From Alphaproteobacteria bacterium (lineage in GTDB: Bacteria; Pseudomonadota; Alphaproteobacteria; UBA828), in contig CBDCQT010000011.1 of assembly GCA_965220745.1 (NCBI GenBank), positions 576,001 to 640,000 on the forward strand: 64,000 nt of DNA, given 5' to 3'. The number at the start of each line of letters is the position of its first letter. Position 1 is the stretch's first letter. Positions 17,851 through 26,731 of the stretch are shown piece after piece. A program made the position numbers and the translations under genes. The notes under the pieces are model-generated. The model did not search any database. It had not been told where the DNA came from and saw nothing but the letters and a program-made list of their open reading frames with translations.

Positions 17851-19803
17851 ATGGCTCGATCGAAGAAGACCAATGGCAAGAGCCGCCCGGCGGCTCTCGG
17901 TCGCACGGCGCGCACCACGCTCCCCAAGGCCAGGAGCCGTAAGACGAACGGGCGTGCCGATATCGACCCGATCACCTTCTCGGTCATCCTCAACCGCTTC
18001 AATACGATCGCCAACGAAATGACGCTCGTCATGGAGCGCACGGCGTGGACCTCCATCATCGCGCTCTCGCACGACTTCTCGTGCGCGATCTACGACCGCA
18101 AGGACCGGCAGGTCTGCATGATGGACGCGCTGCCGATCCACACGAACTCCATGCACGTCGTGCTGAAGGAGATCGCGCGCGTCTTCGACGGCGACATTCA
18201 CGACGGCGACGTGATCGTCTGCAACGACCCCTACAGCGGCAACACCCACGTGGGCGACTTCGTGACCGCGTGCCCCGTCTTCTACAAGGGCGAGCACCTG
18301 TTCTGGAGCGTGACCAAGGGCCATCAGCTCGATTGCGGCGCCTTCATGCCGACCAGCGTCCCCGCTGCGGCGAAGGACGTGTGGCAGGAGGGCCTGCAGC
18401 TCCCGCCGATCAAGTTCTACAAGAAGGGCAAGCCCTGCGAGGACATCATCCGCATGTACCTCGCCAACGTGCGCTGGAAAGACTGGCTCTACGGAGACCT
18501 GATGGCGCAGCTCGGGTCCATCTGGACCGGCCGGCGGCGCATCCTCGAAATGCTGGAGCGCTACGGCAAGGACGAGCTAGAGGGCTATATCGACGCGATC
18601 TTCGAGTATTCGGATCAGCGCATGGCGGCCGAAATCCGCGACATGCCCGACGGCGAGTATCACGGCGATGCCTGGCTCGATACCGACGGCCAGGGCGGCA
18701 CGAACATCCCGATTCACGCCAAGGTCACGATCAAGGGCGACAGGGCGCACGTGGATTTCACGGGCTCCGCGCCGCAGACGCCCGGCTCCAACAACAGCAC
18801 CCAGGGCGTGATGCAGGCGGCGGCCGGCATTCCGATCATGTGCATGATCGACCCCACCATTCCGCACAATGACGGCTGTCTGCGGCACATCACGGCGGAG
18901 GCGCCGGCAGGCACGGTCTGCAACGCCAACCACCCGTCCTCGACTGCACTGGCAACGATCTGCCCCGGCGACACCATGCAGATCGCGGTGTGGAAGGCGT
19001 TGGCCAGGGCCATGCCGGAGCGCGCCACCGGCGGCATGCCCGCCATTCATTGCGTGCCCATGTTCTCTGGCACCGACCAGCGTAACGGCGAGTCCAAGGA
19101 GTGGGGCAGCATGGTGTTCAACGCGTCGCCCGGCGGGGGCGCCGGGGTCGGCACCGACGGCTGGCCCATCATGCTCTCGCCCGCCGCCCTCGGCGGGCAG
19201 AAGATCATCAGCGTCGAGGTGAGCGAGATGCTCTACCCGATGCACTTCGACAAGCAGGAGATCGCCGCTGATTCCATGGGGCATGGGGAGGACATCGGCG
19301 GCCCCGGCGTGGATATCCGGATTCGCCCGATGAGCGGGGCGATGGACTGCAATATATTCGGCGACGGCAACATGAACCCACCCTACGGCACGGTCGGCGG
19401 GACGCCCGGCATCGGCGGCGGCAACTACAAGGAGAACCTCTCCACCGGCAAGCGCACCTTCTGCTCGGCCAAGGGAAACATGGTCATCGGGGAAGACGAA
19501 GTCTGGGTGGGCCTTTCCACGGGCGGCGGGGGGCGAGGCGATCCATTGGATCGCGATCCCCAAGCCGTGCTGGAGAGCGTCCTCGACGGCATGATCTCGC
19601 TCGAGAGTGCCGAGGACGTTTACGGTGTCGCAATCGACCGGGCGACTATGACAGTCGATCTGGCAGCAACCGATTCGCTGCGCGCAAGGATGCGCGCGGC
19701 GCGGGGCCCGATCGACGTCGTCAGGCCCGATCGCGCCGACGCGGGCGATTGGGTGCAGCGGAACTTGCGTCAGGGCGACGACTATCTGATCGACCCGCAG
19801 TAG
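17851..19803 (+). CDS. Hydantoinase B / oxoprolinase subunit, paralog B2
   Basis: DPITFSVI, HDFSC, NDPYSGNTHVGD, KGHQLD, GGGGRGDP. GGAGG RBS. Confidence 0.93.
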   Translation: MARSKKTNGKSRPAALGRTARTTLPKARSRKTNGRADIDPITFSVILNRFNTIANEMTLVMERTAWTSIIALSHDFSCAIYDRKDRQVCMMDALPIHTNSMHVVLKEIARVFDGDIHDGDVIVCNDPYSGNTHVGDFVTACPVFYKGEHLFWSVTKGHQLDCGAFMPTSVPAAAKDVWQEGLQLPPIKFYKKGKPCEDIIRMYLANVRWKDWLYGDLMAQLGSIWTGRRRILEMLERYGKDELEGYIDAIFEYSDQRMAAEIRDMPDGEYHGDAWLDTDGQGGTNIPIHAKVTIKGDRAHVDFTGSAPQTPGSNNSTQGVMQAAAGIPIMCMIDPTIPHNDGCLRHITAEAPAGTVCNANHPSSTALATICPGDTMQIAVWKALARAMPERATGGMPAIHCVPMFSGTDQRNGESKEWGSMVFNASPGGGAGVGTDGWPIMLSPAALGGQKIISVEVSEMLYPMHFDKQEIAADSMGHGEDIGGPGVDIRIRPMSGAMDCNIFGDGNMNPPYGTVGGTPGIGGGNYKENLSTGKRTFCSAKGNMVIGEDEVWVGLSTGGGGRGDPLDRDPQAVLESVLDGMISLESAEDVYGVAIDRATMTVDLAATDSLRARMRAARGPIDVVRPDRADAGDWVQRNLRQGDDYLIDPQ

Positions 19804-19828
19804 CTGACAAAGCGGAGATTCCAGGAAC

Positions 19829-20227
19829 ATGACCGACGCGGAACGGGACGCCTTCCTGCGCGAGACCCGCATTGCCACCCTCTGCACGCTGAACGAAGAC
19901 GGCTCGCCCAACGCGCTGCCGCTCTGGTACGAGTGGGACGGCGAGAAGGCCCGCATGTTCTCGATGCTGGACACCGGCAAGGTGAAGCGGCTGCGGCGCG
20001 ATCCGCGCGCCTGCCTCAGTGTGGCCGACCCTGTCGGCGCGCCCGAGGCGTGGGTCACAGTGGAAGGGACGATCGAAATTTTCGACGAGGGCGGCAAGGA
20101 GTTCGGACTCGAACTCACCAAACGCTACTACGAGAGCCCGCGGCGGGAGGAAGCCATCGCCGAGTGGTCCGCAAGGGACGACTGGGTCCTGCTGGAGCTC
20201 ACGCCGACCCGTTTCTTCACGTATTAG
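19829..20227 (+). CDS. Pyridoxamine 5'-phosphate oxidase-like split-barrel protein (PPOX class, FMN/F420-binding)
   Basis: ATLCTLNEDGSP, PLWY, KVKRLRRDPRACL, VTVEG. Confidence 0.85.
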   Translation: MTDAERDAFLRETRIATLCTLNEDGSPNALPLWYEWDGEKARMFSMLDTGKVKRLRRDPRACLSVADPVGAPEAWVTVEGTIEIFDEGGKEFGLELTKRYYESPRREEAIAEWSARDDWVLLELTPTRFFTY

Positions 20228-20246
20228 TGCCTGAGGCGAGCTTCCG

Positions 20247-21017
20247 TTGAAGATCGCGGACAAGTCCGTCGTCGTCACTGGCGGCGCGAGCGGGATCGGG
20301 CTCGCGCTGGCGCGTCGCTTCAGGGCGGAGGGCGCGCGAGGCATCGTTCTGGCCGATCTGCAGGAGGACGCCCTGTTGAAGGCCTCCGGCGAGATCGACG
20401 CCCTGGCGGTTCCCTGCGATGTGGCGGACGAAGCCGACATCAAGCGCCTCGTTGCCGCTGCGGAGGACGCCTTTGGGCCGATCGACGTGTTCGTCTCCAA
20501 TGCCGGGATCGCGCGCATGGGCGGCGTCGATGCCCCGGATGAGGAGTGGCGGCAGAACTGGGACATCCACGTCATGGCCCACATCTACGCGGCGCGGGCG
20601 GTGGCGCCCAAGATGGCGGCGCGCGGCAGCGGCTATCTGGTCAACACGGCATCGGCCGCGGGCCTCCTCAGCCATGTGGAATCGGCGACCTATACGGTGA
20701 CCAAGCATGCCGCCGTGGCCTTCGCCGAGTGGCTCTCGATCGCCTACGGCGACCGGGGGGTGCGGGTTTCGGTGCTCTGCCCGCAGGCGGTCCGCACCGC
20801 AATGCTCACGGGCCGGGACGAGGGCGTCGCCAGCCTCGACGGCGTGCTGGAGCCGGAACAGGTGGCCGACAGCGTGATCGCGGCGATGGAGCGGGAGGAG
20901 TTCTTGATCCTTCCCCACGCCGAGGTGCAGGGCTACGTGGAGCGCAAGGCCTCGGATCGCGAGCGCTGGCTCAGGGGGATGCGCAAGCTGCGCGCGGCAC
21001 ACGGAGGAGCCGCCTAG
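20247..21017 (+). CDS. SDR family oxidoreductase
   Basis: TGGASGIG, SNAGI, NTASAAG, YTVTKHA. TTG start. Confidence 0.9.
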   Translation: MKIADKSVVVTGGASGIGLALARRFRAEGARGIVLADLQEDALLKASGEIDALAVPCDVADEADIKRLVAAAEDAFGPIDVFVSNAGIARMGGVDAPDEEWRQNWDIHVMAHIYAARAVAPKMAARGSGYLVNTASAAGLLSHVESATYTVTKHAAVAFAEWLSIAYGDRGVRVSVLCPQAVRTAMLTGRDEGVASLDGVLEPEQVADSVIAAMEREEFLILPHAEVQGYVERKASDRERWLRGMRKLRAAHGGAA

Positions 21018-21020
21018 CCC

Positions 21021-22772
21021 ATGGGCCGTCGTTTGAGCCGGGTGGAGGCCCACGAGCGCCTTGTGGGCGCCGGGCTCCCCTTCGCGCTTGAAGAGATCGA
21101 GATCCGGGGCGTCGTCGTCCGTGCGTGGACGAACGCGCCGCGCACGCTTGGCGACGTTCTTGCCGCCTCGGCAGAGCATGGCGAGAGGGCGTGCCTCGTG
21201 CTCGACCGCGAGCGCCTGAGCTACGCCGACCACCATCGCCAGGCGTGCCGGTTGGCGCAGGCCCTGCGGACGCGCTACGGCATCCGTAAGGGCGACCGGG
21301 TCGCGATCGCGATGCGCAACCTGCCGGAATGGTCCGTCGCGTTCTGGGCCATCACCGGCATCGGCGCCATCGTGGTGCCCCTCAACGCCTGGTTCACCGC
21401 ACGCGAGCTCGCCTACTGCGTGGCCGATTCCGGTTCGCTGGTGGTGGTGGCGGACGGCAAGCGTGCGGCGCTGCTCGCCTCCTGTGAGGAAGACCTCGGC
21501 CTGCGGGGCCTGATCGTCGTGCGCGGCGAGGAGGCTGAAGTCAGTGACGGCGTTGCACTCTGGAACGACGTGCTCGCCACCGCAGACGACGATCAATCGC
21601 TTTCTGACGTGCCGATCGAGCCCGACGACGACGCCACGATCTTCTATACCTCCGGCACCACGGGGACGCCCAAGGGCGCGGTCGGTACGCACCGCAACAT
21701 CTGCACCAACATCATGACGGTGGCCTACCGCGGCGCCGTGCGGCAGCTCGGTCGCGGCGTGACGCCGGTGTGGCTCGGCGGGCCGGTGCCGCATCCCACA
21801 GTGCTGGTGCCGGCGCCGTTCTTCCACGTCACCGGCTGCCACTCGATCCTGGCGCCGGCCATCTTCGGCGGCACCACCCTGATCCTGATGCATCGGTGGG
21901 ACCCGGAGCGGGCGCTCGCGCTGATCGAGCACGAGAGCGTCACGCATTTCACCGGCGTGCCGGGCATGGCCCTGCAGATGCTCGAATCGCCGGGCTTCGC
22001 CGACCACGACACCTCGTCGCTGATCGGCCTCAACTATGGCGGCACGCCGCCACCGGTCAGGCTGCTGGACCGTATTGCGGAGCTGTTGCCGCAGGCGGAG
22101 GCCGAGAACGGCTACGGCCTCACCGAAGCCTCCTCCCTCGTAAGCTACAACGCGGGCGAGAGCTATCGCCGCCACCCTGACAGCGCCGGCATTTCCGTGC
22201 CCACGTGCGACATCAAGATCGTCGACGAGAGCGGCGTGACGGTGCCCGCAGGCGTGCGCGGCGAGGTCTGCGTGCGGGGGCCCAACATCGTCAGGGGCTA
22301 CTGGAACCAGCCCGAGGCGAGCGCCGAGACCTTCCGCGACGGCTGGCTGCACACCGGCGACATCGGGCTGCTGGATGAGGACGGTTTGCTCTTCCTGCTC
22401 GACCGCGCCAAGGACATGCTGATCAGGGGCGGCGAGAACGTCTATTGCGTCGAGGTGGAGAACGCGCTTTGTAGTCACCCGGCGGTCAAGGACGCGGCCG
22501 TGATCGGCAAACCGCACCCTGTGCTCGGACAGGAGGTCGCGGCGGTCGTGCAGGTCTCGGCCGGGCAGGCGGTGGGCGAGGCGGCGTTGATCGAGCATTG
22601 CCGCTCGCGCATTGCCGCGTTCAAGGTGCCGGCGACGATCGAGGTGCGGACCGAGCCGCTGCCGGTCAACGCGAACGGCAAGGTCATCAAGCGGCAGCTT
22701 CAGGACGAGCTGTTTGCGGTTTCGGACGAAGGAACGGGCTGCAGCGGCGGCCAACCGAGCGACGAGCGATAG
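21021..22772 (+). CDS. Class I adenylate-forming enzyme (acyl-CoA synthetase, FadD-like)
   Basis: YTSGTTGTPKG, GYGLTE, WLHTGD, DRAKDMLIRGGEN, NGKVIK. Confidence 0.92.
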   Translation: MGRRLSRVEAHERLVGAGLPFALEEIEIRGVVVRAWTNAPRTLGDVLAASAEHGERACLVLDRERLSYADHHRQACRLAQALRTRYGIRKGDRVAIAMRNLPEWSVAFWAITGIGAIVVPLNAWFTARELAYCVADSGSLVVVADGKRAALLASCEEDLGLRGLIVVRGEEAEVSDGVALWNDVLATADDDQSLSDVPIEPDDDATIFYTSGTTGTPKGAVGTHRNICTNIMTVAYRGAVRQLGRGVTPVWLGGPVPHPTVLVPAPFFHVTGCHSILAPAIFGGTTLILMHRWDPERALALIEHESVTHFTGVPGMALQMLESPGFADHDTSSLIGLNYGGTPPPVRLLDRIAELLPQAEAENGYGLTEASSLVSYNAGESYRRHPDSAGISVPTCDIKIVDESGVTVPAGVRGEVCVRGPNIVRGYWNQPEASAETFRDGWLHTGDIGLLDEDGLLFLLDRAKDMLIRGGENVYCVEVENALCSHPAVKDAAVIGKPHPVLGQEVAAVVQVSAGQAVGEAALIEHCRSRIAAFKVPATIEVRTEPLPVNANGKVIKRQLQDELFAVSDEGTGCSGGQPSDER

Positions 22773-22789
22773 CGGCGGGAGAACCGGAC

Positions 22790-24199
22790 ATGGACATCGA
22801 ACAGGCCCACAACCTCTCTCTCGAGGAGATGGACAAGCAGAGCTTTCTGCACCCCTACACGGCTCTCAAGCCGCATCTCGAGAACGGGCCCAACATCATC
22901 AAGTCGGGCAGCGGCGTGCGGCTCACCAACGCGGCGGGCAAGTCGTACATCGACGGCATGGCCGGCCTCTGGTGCGTCAACATCGGCTGGGGCCACCGGG
23001 AAGTGGTCGACGCGATCACCGAGCAGGCCGAGAACCTGGCCTACTACCACAGCTTCTTCTCGATGGGGACGGAAGCGCCCATCCGCCTGGCGGACCGCAT
23101 CCTGCGCCTGGTGCCCGGCAACATGAGCAAGGTGTTCTTCGGCAATTCGGGCTCGGACGCGAACGACACCAATGTAAAATTGGTTCACTACTACAACAAC
23201 TTGCGCGGCAAGCCCGAGAAGAAGAAAATCATCTCCCGTAAGCGGGCTTACCACGGCGTCACGGTCGCGTCGGCGAGCCTGACAGGATTGCCGAGCATTC
23301 ACACGGCGTTCGATCTGCCGCTACCGACAGTCCTCCATACCGAGACCCCGCACCACTGGCGGAACGCCGAGCCGGGGATGAGCGAGCGCGACTTTTCCAA
23401 GTGGTGCGCGCAGAAGCTGGAGGAGATGATCCTCGCCGAGGGGCCAGAGACCGTGGCCGCGTTCATCGCCGAGCCGGTGATGGGCGCGGGCGGCGTGATC
23501 ATCCCGCCGGAGGGCTATTTCCCCGAAATGCAGAGGGTTCTGCGCAAGTACGACATGCTGATGATCGCCGACGAGGTCATCACCGGCTTCGGTCGCACCG
23601 GCAACTGGTTCGGCTCCCAGACCTACGACATCGAGCCCGACATCATCACCATCGCCAAGGGGCTGACGAGCGGCTACGTGCCCATGTCGGGCAGCATCAT
23701 CTCCGACGAGATCTGGCAGGTGATCAAGGAGGGGGCGCCCGGCGTCGCATACTTCGCGCACGGCTACACCTACTCCGCACATCCCGTGGCGGCGGCGGCG
23801 GCCATGGCCAACATCGACATCATGGAGCGGCTGGACCTGCCGGCGAAATGCGCCGAGGTCGGCAGCTACTTCCAGCGGCGGCTGCGCGAGGTCGCCGCGG
23901 ACCATCCTCTGGTCGGCGAGGTGCGCGGCGAGGCCCTGCTGGCGGCCGTCGAGCTGGTCAAGGACAAGGAGACCAGGGAGTCCTTCGACCCCGCCCTGCT
24001 CGTGGGGCCGACGCTGAGCAAGTACACGATCGAGGAGGGGCTCATCATCCGCGCCCTGCCGCTCAGCGATGCAGTCTCCTTCTCGCCGCCCCTGGTCATC
24101 ACCGAGGCCGAGGTGGACGAGGCGCTCGTGCTGTTCAAGCGCGCGTTGGATCGCGTCACCGACGAGCTGGTCAAGGACGGCACTTGGACGCCTAAGTAG
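22790..24199 (+). CDS. Class III PLP aminotransferase (omega-amino acid/amine transaminase type)
   Basis: DGMAGLWCVNIG, SGSDAND, AYHG, IAEPVMGAGG, DEVITGFGRTG, AKGLTSGY. Confidence 0.93.
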   Translation: MDIEQAHNLSLEEMDKQSFLHPYTALKPHLENGPNIIKSGSGVRLTNAAGKSYIDGMAGLWCVNIGWGHREVVDAITEQAENLAYYHSFFSMGTEAPIRLADRILRLVPGNMSKVFFGNSGSDANDTNVKLVHYYNNLRGKPEKKKIISRKRAYHGVTVASASLTGLPSIHTAFDLPLPTVLHTETPHHWRNAEPGMSERDFSKWCAQKLEEMILAEGPETVAAFIAEPVMGAGGVIIPPEGYFPEMQRVLRKYDMLMIADEVITGFGRTGNWFGSQTYDIEPDIITIAKGLTSGYVPMSGSIISDEIWQVIKEGAPGVAYFAHGYTYSAHPVAAAAAMANIDIMERLDLPAKCAEVGSYFQRRLREVAADHPLVGEVRGEALLAAVELVKDKETRESFDPALLVGPTLSKYTIEEGLIIRALPLSDAVSFSPPLVITEAEVDEALVLFKRALDRVTDELVKDGTWTPK

Positions 24200-24219
24200 T
24201 CCGCTCGTCGGCCGATAGG

Positions 24220-26025
24220 ATGGAGAGCGCGGTCGTCAATCCGCGCGACCTGCGGTTTCAGCTCTTCGACGTGCTGGGCGCGGACGCGCTGTGTGCGCGC
24301 ACGCGCTACCGCGACCATGACCGCGAGTCCCTGGAGGCCGCCCTCGATCTCGCCGTTCAGATCGCGGACGAAGTGCTCTGGCCCAATGCGCCGATCGGCG
24401 ACAGGGACGAGCCCAGGCTCGAGAACGGCCGGGTGCGCGTGCCCGCCGCCATTCACGAGAGCGTGGCCGCGATCACCGATGCGGGTTTCATTGCTGCCGC
24501 GCTCGACTACGACCGGGGCGGCATGCAGCTTCCCGCCGTGCTCCTGCAGGCCTGCCTTGGCGTATTGAAGGCGGCCGATACGGCGACGGCCGGCTACCTG
24601 ATGCTGACCAAGGCGGCGGCCAATCTGCTCGACGTTCACGGCACCGACGAGCAGAAGCGGCTCTACATGGAGCCGCTCTACGCCGGGCGTTTTCTTGGCA
24701 CGATGTGCCTCTCGGAGCCCGACGTGGGCTCGTCATTGGGCGATATCAGGTGCCGGGCGGTGCCCGCCGGCGATGGCAGCTACCGGCTCTCCGGCAGCAA
24801 GATGTGGATCTCCGGCGGCGACCAGGACATCTCGGAGAACATCGTCCACCTGGTTCTCGCGAAGCTCCCCGACGCGCCGCCCGGCGTGAAGGGGATCTCG
24901 CTCTTCATCGTGCCGAAGATCCGGGTGAAGGCCGACGGCACGCTCGGCGCCGCCAACGATGTCGCCGTGGCCGGCCTCAATCACAAGATGGGCTACCGCG
25001 CGATCTCGAATTGCCTGCTGAGCTTCGGCGAGAACGGCAACTGCGAGGCGCACCTGGTGGGCGCTCCCCACGAGGGCCTCGCCTGCATGTTCCACATGAT
25101 GAACGAGGCGCGGATCGGGGTCGGCATCAGCGGCGCCATGATCGGCTATGCGGGCTACATGCAGGCGGTCCGTTACGCCAGGGAGCGGCGCCAGGGCCGG
25201 CCGGTCGATAACCGCGATCCATCGCAGCCGCCCGTGCCCATCGTGCGCCACGCCGACGTGAAGCGCATGCTGCTCAAGCAGAAGGCGATCGTCGAGGGAG
25301 CGCTCGCGCTCTGCCTGACCTGCGCGTGCTATCTGGACGACATGACCACGGCGGAGGGCGAGAACGAGCGGCGGCGGGCCGCCCTGCTGCTCGACATTCT
25401 TACGCCGATCGCCAAGGCCTGGCCCGCGGAGTTCTGCCAGGAGGCCAACAGCCTCGCGATCCAGGTTCACGGCGGCTACGGCTACACGCGGGACTTCCCG
25501 GTCGAACGGCTCTACCGCGACAACCGCCTCAACGCGATCCACGAGGGGACGAACGGCATCCAGGCGATCGACCTGCTCGGGCGCAAGGCGCGCTTGCGGG
25601 ACGGCGCCGCGCTCACGGCGTTGATGGAGGAAATCCGTGCCGATATCGACGCGGCGCGAGACCTGCCCGCCCTCGCCGAGTATTGCGGCGCGCTGGAGGC
25701 CGTCGCGACCGAGATCGAGAACGCCACGACCGCCATCGGCGCAGCACGCGCGGAGCGTCGGATCGGGGACTCGCTCGCGAACGCGAGCCTCTATCTCAAC
25801 GCCTTGGGCCACATCGTCGTCGCGTGGCTCTGGCTGCGCCAGGCGCGCGCCGCGGACGACGCCCTCCGGCAAGGCGCGGTCACGGACGACGCAGCGTTCT
25901 ACCGTGGCAAGCTCGCGGCCTGCCGTTACTTCTTCCGCTACGAGCTGGCCGGGATGAGACCCGCCATCGCGCTGCTCGCGCGGGTCGATACGACCTGTGC
26001 CGAGATGGACACGAACATGTTCTAA
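24220..26025 (+). CDS. Acyl-CoA dehydrogenase
   Basis: GTMCLSEP, GSKMWISGG, KMG, MMNEARIG, QVHGGYGY, IHEGTNGIQ. Confidence 0.93.
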   Translation: MESAVVNPRDLRFQLFDVLGADALCARTRYRDHDRESLEAALDLAVQIADEVLWPNAPIGDRDEPRLENGRVRVPAAIHESVAAITDAGFIAAALDYDRGGMQLPAVLLQACLGVLKAADTATAGYLMLTKAAANLLDVHGTDEQKRLYMEPLYAGRFLGTMCLSEPDVGSSLGDIRCRAVPAGDGSYRLSGSKMWISGGDQDISENIVHLVLAKLPDAPPGVKGISLFIVPKIRVKADGTLGAANDVAVAGLNHKMGYRAISNCLLSFGENGNCEAHLVGAPHEGLACMFHMMNEARIGVGISGAMIGYAGYMQAVRYARERRQGRPVDNRDPSQPPVPIVRHADVKRMLLKQKAIVEGALALCLTCACYLDDMTTAEGENERRRAALLLDILTPIAKAWPAEFCQEANSLAIQVHGGYGYTRDFPVERLYRDNRLNAIHEGTNGIQAIDLLGRKARLRDGAALTALMEEIRADIDAARDLPALAEYCGALEAVATEIENATTAIGAARAERRIGDSLANASLYLNALGHIVVAWLWLRQARAADDALRQGAVTDDAAFYRGKLAACRYFFRYELAGMRPAIALLARVDTTCAEMDTNMF

Positions 26026-26107
26026 GCGCAAAGCCGCTATGATCGGCCGCGGCACCGGGCGCCGGGCCGCGCGCCGCAACCGATATCCAGGGCAAGGGGA
26101 GATGGAC

Positions 26108-26593
26108 ATGGCCGAGCTCACGCTGGAGCAACGGGTTCAACGGATCGAGGACGCCGAAGAGATCAGGCGCCTGCGCTATCTCTACTGCGAGTACGGCAAC
26201 CTCTACGACGCCGAGCGCTTCGCCGCCCTCTTCGCGCCGGACGCGATATGGGACGGGGGCGATGCCTTCGGGTGCCAGGAGGGGCTGGAGCAGATCGAGC
26301 AGATGGTGCGCGACGCGGGCGAGCGAATCCGCTTCTCCGCCCATTACATCACGAACGAGCTGATTGAGGTCGACGGCGACAGCGCAACCGGGCGCTGGTG
26401 GCTGTTCATGCCGTGCGTCCTGGACGGCGAGTCGACCTGGCTCTTCGCCACATACGACGATGAGTACGTGAAGCTCGACGGGCGCTGGCTGATCAAGAAG
26501 ATCGTCCTCGACGTAAAGAACTTCGCACCCCAAGACAAAGGCTGGGCCGAGAGCGCCAAGCCCTGGGTCGACGATCACTGGAAAGGGCCCTGA
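26108..26593 (+). CDS. SnoaL/NTF2-like protein (LinA/BaiE/scytalone dehydratase-like), copy 1
   Basis: IEDAEEIRRLRYLYC...LFAPDAIWD...HYITN...DGDSATGRW...YDDEY...GRWLI. Alternative start at 26102. Confidence 0.85.
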   Translation: MAELTLEQRVQRIEDAEEIRRLRYLYCEYGNLYDAERFAALFAPDAIWDGGDAFGCQEGLEQIEQMVRDAGERIRFSAHYITNELIEVDGDSATGRWWLFMPCVLDGESTWLFATYDDEYVKLDGRWLIKKIVLDVKNFAPQDKGWAESAKPWVDDHWKGP

Positions 26594-26731
26594 GCCCCCG
26601 GCGCAGAAGACCCCTTGCACCGCCGCACCCGCCGACGGCAAGCTGCAGGCGCGGCGGGCGGACGGTTCCTTCCGCGCCGCAGTGAGTACAAACGCGCGCA
26701 GACATCACATCACACGCAGACAGGGTGAGAC

